Source: an uncultured archaeon
GTDB lineage: Archaea; Altiarchaeota; Altiarchaeia; IMC4; SCGC-AAA252-I15
Assembly (NCBI GenBank): GCA_902384455.1
Contig: CABMCB010000022.1
Span: 1 to 16,837 of the forward strand
Direction: 5' to 3'
DNA: 16,837 nt
Part shown: positions 8,478 through 16,265 of the stretch, piece after piece
Layout: each line of letters starts with the position of its first letter
Numbering within the stretch: the first letter of the stretch is position 1
Program-made: the position numbers and the translations under genes
The notes under the pieces: model-generated
What the model was told of the DNA's origin: nothing
Seen by the model: only the letters and a program-made list of their open reading frames with translations
The model's database searches: none

Positions 8478-9657
8478 AATCTGCGTGATAGGACTCGGCC
8501 AAGTGGGGCTGCCCACCGCGGCACTCCTAGCATCGCGCGGAAACAAAGTCCTAGGCGTAGACCTATCCCCAAAAACAGTCAAAGACACAAACGCCGGACA
8601 AACCAACAACACCGAACCCGGCCTAAAAAAACTGCTCAAATCCGCAGTAAAAACAAAAAAACTCGCCGCATCAACTAAACCCTCAGCGGCCGACATATTC
8701 ATAATTCTCGTACCCACGCAGGCAACACCCCAAAAAACACTCGACATAAAACCGCTAAAAAAAGCAGTAACATCAATCGCAAAAGTACTGGAAGAAGGAA
8801 ACCTGGTGCTCCTGCAATCAACCGTGCCGCCCCAAACCACGAAAAAAGTCGACGGATTGATAAGGAAAATACGCCCCGACCTGAAGTCATACTACCTCGC
8901 CTATTGCCCGGAGCGAGTGCTACCCGGCAGAACAATAAAAGAACTCACTGAAAACAACCGCATCATAGGCGGCCTAACAACCGTATCAACGAAGAAAGCC
9001 GCCGGATTCTACAAAACATTCGTCACAGGAAAAATAGAATTAACTGACGCGCCAACCGCCGAATTATGCAAGCTAGCCGAGAACGCATTCCGCAACGTCA
9101 ACATAGCGTTCGCAAACGAGCTGTCCATGATATGCGACGCAGCCGGCGGAAACGCATGGGAAGTAATACGCCTCGCCAACACGCATCCGCGAGTCAAAAT
9201 ACTCACTCCCGGGCCAGGAGTCGGCGGAAGATGCCTGGCAGCCAATACAGAATTCCTAAAGGCAGCCGCAAGCGAAAAAACCCCTTTAATCAAGGCGTCA
9301 CGCCAGGTGAACGAAGAAAAAACCCGGTGGGTTACAGAAAAAATAAGGCAAACGGCAACAAACCGCAAGAACCCGGTAATAGGATGCTTAGGGATAACAT
9401 ACAAGGCCGACGTAAGCGGAACATCAGGATCCCCAGCAATGAAGGTGATAGACGCATTACGCCAAAAGAAAACAGGGAAAATAATCGTGTGCGACCCTCA
9501 CGCAACCAGAACAGGAAACACCAAGTTACTCCCCCTGCAAAAAGTCCTATCAAAATCAAACATAATAGCCATACTAGTCGCACACAAAGAATTCAAAAAC
9601 ATACGGAAAAAAATTCGAGGAAAAGAAATCCTAGACTTCTGCGGCGCACTAGAATGA
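8464..9657 (+). CDS. wecC: UDP-N-acetyl-D-mannosamine dehydrogenase (WecC-like nucleotide-sugar dehydrogenase), several motifs degenerate
   Basis: ICVIGLGxVGLPTA, EPGL, YCPERVLPG, AELCKLAENAFRNVNIAFANELS, ANTHPRVKILTPGPGVGGRC, LVAHKEFK. Overlaps the upstream gene by 14 bp. Confidence 0.85.
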   Translation: MHPTKICVIGLGQVGLPTAALLASRGNKVLGVDLSPKTVKDTNAGQTNNTEPGLKKLLKSAVKTKKLAASTKPSAADIFIILVPTQATPQKTLDIKPLKKAVTSIAKVLEEGNLVLLQSTVPPQTTKKVDGLIRKIRPDLKSYYLAYCPERVLPGRTIKELTENNRIIGGLTTVSTKKAAGFYKTFVTGKIELTDAPTAELCKLAENAFRNVNIAFANELSMICDAAGGNAWEVIRLANTHPRVKILTPGPGVGGRCLAANTEFLKAAASEKTPLIKASRQVNEEKTRWVTEKIRQTATNRKNPVIGCLGITYKADVSGTSGSPAMKVIDALRQKKTGKIIVCDPHATRTGNTKLLPLQKVLSKSNIIAILVAHKEFKNIRKKIRGKEILDFCGALE

Positions 9658-10802
9658 AAATCCTGACCATCATAGGAACACAGCCGGAGGCCATAAAGAT
9701 GGCTCCCGTCATAAGAGCCATAAAGAAGGATTCAAGCATCAAACACACGTTATGCGTCACAGCCCAACACCGCGAACTACTCGACCAGGCGCTTAACCTC
9801 TTTGAAATCACCCCCGACGTCGATTTGAACATAATGGGCTCAAACCAAGACCTCTTCGACATAACAACACGCTCACTCGCCGGACTAAAAAAAGTCATAG
9901 AAAACAAAAAACCAGACTTGATTCTAGTCCAAGGAGACACGACAACTGCATTAGCAGGAGCATTAGCAGGATTCTACACTCAAACGCCGGTAGCCCACAT
10001 AGAAGCAGGCTTAAGGTCCGGCGACATCAATTCCCCGTTCCCCGAAGAAGCCAACAGGGTCCTGATAAGCAAATTGGCGAGCATACACTTTGCGCCGACA
10101 AAAAAAGCGGAAGCCAACCTGCTTGCCGAAAAAATTCCCGCAGAAAACATCCACGTCACAGGAAACACCGTAGTCGACGCGCTTAAAATAGCAAGGAAAA
10201 AAACACGCAATAAAAAAGACTGGCGCAACACGCTCGGTCCAATAGCAGACTTAACATCCTCCAACAAAACAATACTCCTTGCGACAATACACCGAAGAGA
10301 AAACTTCGGGGAAGGAGTAACAACATTCTGCAAAACCCTAAAGCACCTAGCCACCAAACACCCTAACTGGAACATAGTGGTTCCAGTACACCCCAACCCA
10401 AACGTAGAAAAACCAGTACGCGCCGCGCTATCAAAAACCCGGAACATACACCTGACAAAACAACTCGACTACCTATCATTCATCCACCTGCTAAGCAAAA
10501 GCAAAATAATAATCACCGACTCCGGCGGAATCCAAGAAGAAGCCCCTTCATTCAACAAACCAGTCCTCCTTATGAGAGAAAAAACAGACCGGCCAGAATC
10601 AGTCGAACAAGGCGCAGCGGTGCTTGTCGGAAGAAACGCAAAAAAAATCATAAAAGAAACCGAAACAACACTCTCAAACAAAAATAAACACCGAAAAATA
10701 ACGCTAAAAAACAACCCATACGGCAACGGAAAAGCCGCCCAAAAAATAATTAAAACACTCTCCCGCACACAACCCAAAAAAACCCCAGTCAAAACCCACT
10801 AA
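9654..10802 (+). CDS. wecB: UDP-N-acetylglucosamine 2-epimerase (non-hydrolysing)
   Basis: True start is ATG 9654 (ATGA overlap with the wecC stop), not 9066. MKILTIIGTQPEAIKMAPVI, TAQHRELLDQ, VQGDTTT, HIEAGLRS, PFPEEANR, TGNTVVDAL, TIHRREN, PVHPNP, TDSGGIQEEA, NPYGNGKAA. Confidence 0.92.
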   Translation: MKILTIIGTQPEAIKMAPVIRAIKKDSSIKHTLCVTAQHRELLDQALNLFEITPDVDLNIMGSNQDLFDITTRSLAGLKKVIENKKPDLILVQGDTTTALAGALAGFYTQTPVAHIEAGLRSGDINSPFPEEANRVLISKLASIHFAPTKKAEANLLAEKIPAENIHVTGNTVVDALKIARKKTRNKKDWRNTLGPIADLTSSNKTILLATIHRRENFGEGVTTFCKTLKHLATKHPNWNIVVPVHPNPNVEKPVRAALSKTRNIHLTKQLDYLSFIHLLSKSKIIITDSGGIQEEAPSFNKPVLLMREKTDRPESVEQGAAVLVGRNAKKIIKETETTLSNKNKHRKITLKNNPYGNGKAAQKIIKTLSRTQPKKTPVKTH

Positions 10803-11643
10803 CACGCGGCCTGACCTCCCTCATCAGCGGCCCGGTCAAGTACGTCGGCATGAAGCTGAGGAGATAGTAAAGGCGGTAAGTAATGTTCGCCGGTTCTCTA
10901 CTAATCAAAACGCTAAGCCTCTTTCTTGCTTCAAAATGATTCCCGTAAGTCAGGCAAACAGACGCCTGGCAAAACAAAGCAAAATCCCCGGCATCCTGCG
11001 CAGGTTTTTTAGCGGCCGTCGAAGACCCTTTCGAATGCATCCTGTACCTAAGAAGGATTTCCGGGAGCACTATAACTCGCCCTCCCCTCCGCCATATACT
11101 CTGGAACAAAAGAAGGTCCGCTCCATACCCTATTTTTTCGTTGTATCCTCCGGTGGCGCGCAAAACATCCGTCCGAAACATGGCGCACGGGTGATTAAAC
11201 ACGCGATTAGGCTTCCACGCCAAGCTAACTCCGTGCTGGGCGCACAGAGGATTTCCTTCCTCGTCAATGTATTCCACGCAAGCTGAAACAACGCTCACGT
11301 CAGGATGCTCAGTGAAATACTTAACCTGAGTTTCAAGCCTATTAGGCCGACTAACATCGTCGGAGTCCATCACGGCAACATACCTGCCTTTGGCAATCGC
11401 GACGCCCGAGTTTCTCGACGAATCAACTCCACTCTTTTCAGAATGAGTAATCACCTTCACCCTCGCATCCTTCTTGGCGTACTCCCCAAGCAGGCGGGGA
11501 GTATTGTCCGTACTCACATTGTCGACGACGATAAGCTCAAAGTCACCAAACGTCTGATTAAGAATGCTATCAATCGCCTCCCTGATGTAACGCTCCCCAT
11601 TGTACACGCTCATCACAACCGAAACAAGAGGGGGATTAACCAT
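10789..11643 (-). CDS. Glycosyltransferase family 2 (GT-A), copy 2 of duplicated pair
   Basis: MVNPPLVSVVMSVYNGERYIREAIDSILNQT, ELIVVDNVSTDNT, MDSDD, YRMH. The track's 39-aa N-terminal extension (to 11760) has no counterpart in the paralogues. Confidence 0.92.
   Translation of the reverse strand: MVNPPLVSVVMSVYNGERYIREAIDSILNQTFGDFELIVVDNVSTDNTPRLLGEYAKKDARVKVITHSEKSGVDSSRNSGVAIAKGRYVAVMDSDDVSRPNRLETQVKYFTEHPDVSVVSACVEYIDEEGNPLCAQHGVSLAWKPNRVFNHPCAMFRTDVLRATGGYNEKIGYGADLLLFQSIWRRGGRVIVLPEILLRYRMHSKGSSTAAKKPAQDAGDFALFCQASVCLTYGNHFEARKRLSVLISREPANITYRLYYLLSFMPTYLTGPLMREVRPRVSGF
10817..11622. repeat. Direct repeat, copy 2 (mosaic identity with 5648-6453)
   Basis: Near-identical blocks at 10817-10988, 11209-11373 and 11551-11622, with no indels relative to copy 1. 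Confidence 0.92.
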
Positions 11644-11765
11644 GCCTTCGCCACATACCAGGAAATAAGCACAAAAATATACCCCCAAACTAAGAAACAC
11701 AGTCGGCAGACCAACCGAAACAAAAAACCGAAGAAAGATTAGACTGAAACCGCAATCCAACCGGC

Positions 11766-11773
11766 TTTATCAA
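11766..11773 (+). promoter_or_regulatory. Putative archaeal TATA box (TTTATCAA), leaderless spacing
   Basis: 23-30 bp upstream of ATG 11796, within a divergent intergenic region. Confidence 0.4.
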
Positions 11774-11795
11774 AAGCATCTTCAATAATTATGCA

Positions 11796-13022
11796 ATGAG
11801 AATTCTGCTGGCCAACAAGTACTTCCACATGGTCGGAGGAGCCGAACGATACGTACTAAACCTCAAAGACCTAATGGAATCGCACGGCCACGAAGTCATA
11901 CCTTTCTCAATGGAGGATTCCCGCAACGAGCATACAGAATACTCCCGTTATTTCCCCTCCAACATAGACTACGCGGACGTATCCCTATGCAGGGCAAAAG
12001 AATTCCCCAAGATTGCCGGCCGCGTCATATACTCCCCCGGCGTTAAACGGAAAATCAAGGCTCTTACGCGCAATACGAAGCCTGATATCGCGCACATCAA
12101 TAACATCTACAACCAACTTTCTCCTTCACTACTGTCGGGCCTTAAGGAGTCCGGCGTGCCTGCTGTTATGACAGTCCACGACTACCATCTCGTCTGCCCA
12201 AACCACAGTCTCTTCACAAACGGCGCAGTCTGCGAAAAATGCCTCCACGGAAATTACTCTAATGCAGTGCTAAGGCAGTGCGTAAAAGACTCTGTGGCGG
12301 CAAGTGCATTATGCGCGCTGGCAAGCTACATCCACCTGTGGACGCGCATATACGAAAAAAACGTGCGCACATTCATCACGCCCAGCAGATTCATCGCGGA
12401 AAAGATGATCGAAGGAGGGCTCCCCAGGGAATCCATAGTCACAATACCCCCATCAATAGACCCGTCCGCATACACGCCCGAACCCCACCCCGGAAAATAC
12501 CTCCTCTACTTCGGGAGACTGTCGCCGGAAAAAGGCATCATAGACCTGCTTAAAGCAGCAGAAGAACTACCCCACATACCCATACATATTGCAGGCACAG
12601 GACCGCAAGAACAAGAACTCCAAGAATACGCCAAAGAAAAAAAGCTCAACACCACATTCACCGGCTTCATAGACGGACAAAGACTGCAGAAAGAAATTCA
12701 AGACGCCCGCATAATAGCAGCACCAAGCCGCATACAAGAAAACCTACCGTTCACAATACTAGAAGCGATGGCATACGGAAAACCCGTCATAGCAACACGA
12801 CAAGGAGGAATACCCGAACTCATAGAAAACGGAAAAAACGGCCTCCTATGCGAACCCGGAAACCCAACCAACTTACAAGAAAAAATAACCGAAATATGGG
12901 ACGACGACCAACGCCTCGAAAAAATGGGGCAACAAGGCAGAAAAAACGCAGAACAAAAACACTCCCCCAAAAACCACTACGCCAAACTAATGAAGGTGTA
13001 CGCCAATGCGCAAAAAAAATAA
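11796..13022 (+). CDS. Glycosyltransferase family 4 with Cys-rich insertion
   Basis: MRILLANKYFHMVGGAERY, PDIAHINNIYNQLSPS, TVHDYHLVCP...CEKC...C, YFGRLSPEKG, QENLPFTILEAMAYGKPVIATRQGGIPELI. Confidence 0.92.
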   Translation: MRILLANKYFHMVGGAERYVLNLKDLMESHGHEVIPFSMEDSRNEHTEYSRYFPSNIDYADVSLCRAKEFPKIAGRVIYSPGVKRKIKALTRNTKPDIAHINNIYNQLSPSLLSGLKESGVPAVMTVHDYHLVCPNHSLFTNGAVCEKCLHGNYSNAVLRQCVKDSVAASALCALASYIHLWTRIYEKNVRTFITPSRFIAEKMIEGGLPRESIVTIPPSIDPSAYTPEPHPGKYLLYFGRLSPEKGIIDLLKAAEELPHIPIHIAGTGPQEQELQEYAKEKKLNTTFTGFIDGQRLQKEIQDARIIAAPSRIQENLPFTILEAMAYGKPVIATRQGGIPELIENGKNGLLCEPGNPTNLQEKITEIWDDDQRLEKMGQQGRKNAEQKHSPKNHYAKLMKVYANAQKK

Positions 13023-14109
13023 ACGACCCCACATAGCATTCATCGGCCTGCGCGGCATACCCTCAGTAATCGGCGGCCTAGAACGCCTCACCGAGAATAT
13101 TGCGCCCCTCCTAGTAAAGGAAGGATACTGCGTCACAGTTTACGGCAGGGGCGAATACACAAAAGGAGTCCGGCAATACAAAGGTGTCAGCCAAATAAAC
13201 ATTCCCACACCCGGCAGCAAACACCTGGAAACAGTCACATACTCCCTACTGGCAACCCTACACGCAACCAAAGCCGACGCAGACATCGTACACTACTACG
13301 GAACAACACCCGGAATATTCTCGTGGATACCAAGACTAGCCGGAAAAAAAACAGAAGTCTCATTCCACGGCTACGAATGGAAAAGACCCGACTGGAGCCC
13401 GCCAATCCGCGCCATACTACGCCTACTCGAACCCATCGCAGTATACGCGCCAACAGCAATATACGCCGACTCACTCGCCCAGAAAAAATACGTCCAAAAC
13501 AAATACAAACGCAACGCAACATACCTCCCAAACTTCACGCTACCCCCCAAAAAACCCGTAACAGGAATACTCAAAAAACACGGCCTCAAACCCAAATCAT
13601 ACGTACTATACGTCGGCCGCATAACCCCCACTAAAGGAATAGAAACGCTCATTGAAGCCTCACAGTCACTGCCCGACAGCACGCCGCTTGTCATCGCAGG
13701 CTCCGCGATAAAAAGAGACGACTACCTAAACAAACTCAAAAAAAACGCAAGCAAAAACACCGTATTCACCGGCTACATACCCCCAGAAGAACTGCCCGAA
13801 CTCTACGAAAACGCACTCCTACTCGTGCTGCCCTCACTCACAGCAGAAGGCCTACCCACTTCCGTCATTGAGGCGATGTACTACGGAACATGTCCCCTGG
13901 TAAGCGAAGTTGAGGGCAACACCGAAGCGATAGGAGACTGCGGCATAACATTCAAAGCGGCCAACGCCCGCGACCTCTCAGAAAAAATCACCTCAATACT
14001 CACGAACAAAAAGAAGGCCCAGAAAATAGGCGAAAAAGCAAAAAAAAGGGCGCGCACAGAATACTCCGTCGAAAACGCCCTAAAAGAATTCATCAAAACC
14101 CACACCTAA
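13006..14109 (+). CDS. Glycosyltransferase family 4 (GT-B)
   Basis: IAFIGLRGIPSVIGGLER, HGYEWKR..W, YVGRITPTKG, LPSLTAEGLPTSVIEAMYYG. Overlaps the upstream gene by 17 bp. Confidence 0.92.
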   Translation: MRKKNKRPHIAFIGLRGIPSVIGGLERLTENIAPLLVKEGYCVTVYGRGEYTKGVRQYKGVSQINIPTPGSKHLETVTYSLLATLHATKADADIVHYYGTTPGIFSWIPRLAGKKTEVSFHGYEWKRPDWSPPIRAILRLLEPIAVYAPTAIYADSLAQKKYVQNKYKRNATYLPNFTLPPKKPVTGILKKHGLKPKSYVLYVGRITPTKGIETLIEASQSLPDSTPLVIAGSAIKRDDYLNKLKKNASKNTVFTGYIPPEELPELYENALLLVLPSLTAEGLPTSVIEAMYYGTCPLVSEVEGNTEAIGDCGITFKAANARDLSEKITSILTNKKKAQKIGEKAKKRARTEYSVENALKEFIKTHT

Positions 14110-14129
14110 GCGACAATTAAACCCACGCA

Positions 14130-14135
14130 TTTAAC
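14130..14135 (+). promoter_or_regulatory. Putative archaeal TATA box (TTTAAC) for hel308, leaderless spacing
   Basis: 23-28 bp upstream of ATG 14158, with no Shine-Dalgarno in the pyrimidine-rich spacer. Confidence 0.35.
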
Positions 14136-14157
14136 CTCCGCCTCCCTTCCCGTTCAT

Positions 14158-16221
14158 ATGCGCCTAACAGACCTGCCGATACCCGCCGCCGCAACACAAA
14201 TACTAACCCAATCAGGAATAACGCAACTATACCCCCCGCAGCAGGCGGCCGTAGAAGCCGGACTACTAACAGGCAAAAACCTTGTTCTAGCCACACCCAC
14301 AGCAAGCGGAAAAACACTCACAGCAGAACTCGCAATACTAAAGGCGCTAACGCAGGGTAAAAAAGCAGTCTACATAGTGCCGCTACGCGCGCTTGCCTAC
14401 GAAAAAAGCGTAGAATTCAAACGATGGGAAAAACTAGGATACAGAATCCGTCTCGAAACAGGAGACCTCGACTCAAAACACCTCCCAGACAAACCTCAAT
14501 ACGACATACTCGTCGCAACCGCAGAAAAATGCGACAGCATACTCAGAAGCAAACCAGACTGGTTCAGAGGCATAGGACTACTAGTGCTCGACGAAATACA
14601 CCTAATCGCCACAGACCGCGGACCAGTCTACGAAATACTCGCAAGCAAAATACGCGGAATATACCCCGACGTACACATACTCGGCCTATCAGCCACAATA
14701 GGAAACGGACCTGAACTCGCAAACTGGCTAAACGCAAAACTCGTGGAATCAAACTGGCGCCCAATACAACTCACAGAAAAAGTAGAAGTCGGAGACACAG
14801 ACACAGGACTCAAAGACGCAGTCAAAAAAAACCTCGCCGAAGGAGGACAAGCGCTCGTGTTCGTCAACAGCAGAAAAAGCGCCGAAGCAACAGCAGAACA
14901 AATCGCAAAAACACTCAAACTACCCGAAGACCCCCGCAGAGAAAAACTCGCAGAAAAAATAGAAGCAGCAATCAACCCCCCAACAAAACAATGCCACCGC
15001 CTCGCACAAACAGCAAGAAACGGCACAGCATTCCACCACGCAGGACTAATAAACACCCAACGCACCCTAATCGAAGACGCATTCAAAGACGGAACACTAC
15101 CCGTCCTCACAGCAACCCCCACACTCGCAGCAGGAGTAAACCTACCAAGCAGAACAGTCATAATACGCGACATCAAAAGATACACAGACGAAGGCCTAAC
15201 ATACATACCAGTACTCGAATACAAACAAATGGCAGGCCGAGCAGGCCGACCCAAATACGACCCAGAAGGCCGCGTAGTAACACTCGCCCGAAACATAGAC
15301 GAAGCCGAATACATAATAGAACGCTACGTAAACGGCACACCCGAACCAATACTAAGCCAACTTGGCGTCCGACCCACACTAAGATTCCACCTACTCGCAT
15401 CAATCGCAAGCAGATTCACACGCACACCCGAAGCAGTACTAGAATTCTTCCGCCAAACATTCTTCGGCCACCAATACGGGATGACAGAGGAACTCTCAGC
15501 GCTGCTAACGGAAATCACCGGCGAACTCGTAGAATGGGGATTCGTAACCCGCGAAGGAAGATTCCTAACGCCAACGCCCCTTGGAGAACGCATAAGCGAA
15601 CTATACATAGACCCGCTGACCGCCCATAAATACCAGACACTGCTGACCAAAGCGGAAGAAACCCCAAACGTCACAGCAATCGGACTACTCGAAGCCCTAT
15701 GCGACGCAACAGAAATAACCAAACTACACGTCAAACCTCACGAAGAAAGCCCCCTATGGACGGAAGCATACGCAGTCGAAGAACAACTACTTAGAAACAT
15801 AAGCGGATTCGACCTAGACTGGGAATTCCTCCCACGCTTCAAAACCGCCTGCCTATTCTCCGAATGGATACAAGAAAAAACAGAAGACGAAATAATGGAA
15901 AAATACTCCGTAGCCCCAGGCCAACTATACCAACGCCTAGAAAACCTACAATGGCTCGCATACGCAGCAACAGAAATAAGCCGCCTACTAAAACACAAAA
16001 AAACACAACCCAAAATCAAAGCACTAGAAACCCAAATAAAATACGGCGTAGCAGAAGACCTACTACCACTCGTACAACTAAAAGGAATAGGCCGAGTACG
16101 AGCCCGCAAACTATACGCCGCAGGACTCAAAACACCCCACGCACTCAAAAAACAACCCCGACTCACAACACAAATACTCGGACCAAAAACAGCAGAAGAC
16201 GTACTAAAACAACTAGAGTAA
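14158..16221 (+). CDS. hel308: ATP-dependent DNA helicase Hel308/Hjm (Ski2-like SF2)
   Basis: Q motif LYPPQ, Walker A ATPTASGKT, VPLRALA, DEIH, LSAT, FVNSRK, FHHAGL, ATPTLAAGVNLP, QMAGRAGRPKYD, TPLGERISELYIDP, and C-terminal HhH with GIGRVRARKLY (RAR motif). Confidence 0.93.
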   Translation: MRLTDLPIPAAATQILTQSGITQLYPPQQAAVEAGLLTGKNLVLATPTASGKTLTAELAILKALTQGKKAVYIVPLRALAYEKSVEFKRWEKLGYRIRLETGDLDSKHLPDKPQYDILVATAEKCDSILRSKPDWFRGIGLLVLDEIHLIATDRGPVYEILASKIRGIYPDVHILGLSATIGNGPELANWLNAKLVESNWRPIQLTEKVEVGDTDTGLKDAVKKNLAEGGQALVFVNSRKSAEATAEQIAKTLKLPEDPRREKLAEKIEAAINPPTKQCHRLAQTARNGTAFHHAGLINTQRTLIEDAFKDGTLPVLTATPTLAAGVNLPSRTVIIRDIKRYTDEGLTYIPVLEYKQMAGRAGRPKYDPEGRVVTLARNIDEAEYIIERYVNGTPEPILSQLGVRPTLRFHLLASIASRFTRTPEAVLEFFRQTFFGHQYGMTEELSALLTEITGELVEWGFVTREGRFLTPTPLGERISELYIDPLTAHKYQTLLTKAEETPNVTAIGLLEALCDATEITKLHVKPHEESPLWTEAYAVEEQLLRNISGFDLDWEFLPRFKTACLFSEWIQEKTEDEIMEKYSVAPGQLYQRLENLQWLAYAATEISRLLKHKKTQPKIKALETQIKYGVAEDLLPLVQLKGIGRVRARKLYAAGLKTPHALKKQPRLTTQILGPKTAEDVLKQLE

Positions 16222-16228
16222 AAACCCC

Positions 16229-16240
16229 CGAGAGTTATAT
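16229..16240 (+). promoter_or_regulatory. Putative BRE/TATA (CGAGAG-TTATAT) for the downstream ORF
   Basis: TTATAT at 16235-16240 is 26-31 bp upstream of ATG 16266 and preceded by a purine-rich BRE-like run. Confidence 0.5.
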
Positions 16241-16265
16241 CCCCCCAAAACCCCAAACAATAAAG

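Noticed and set aside
9066-9653. 196-aa N-terminal extension of WecB in the ORF track (apparent fusion or overlapping gene)
   Set aside because: It overlaps wecC in another frame and is R/K/N-rich low-information sequence. T depletion makes stops rare on this strand. The family N-terminus and an ATGA overlap place the start at 9654.
5648-11622. GT2 repeat pair as a diversity-generating retroelement TR/VR
   Set aside because: Mismatches involve all four bases rather than adenines of one copy, both copies are intact genes, and no reverse transcriptase is present in the window.
5648-11622. Invertible (shufflon-like) segment explaining the strand switches
   Set aside because: The repeats are direct, not inverted. 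I saw no inverted recombination sites and no recombinase gene.
11644-11760. Hydrophobic 39-aa N-terminal extension (apparent signal or TM) on GT2 copy 2
   Set aside because: It is the reverse complement of A/C-rich intergenic DNA, which encodes F/V/L/C/G by default. It is absent from the paralogues, whose starts align with 11643.
10196-14047. A7-A8 homopolymers in wecB and the GT4 genes as phase-variation switches
   Set aside because: The runs are short, common throughout this A-rich strand as Lys-Lys codons, and no frameshifted gene is seen.
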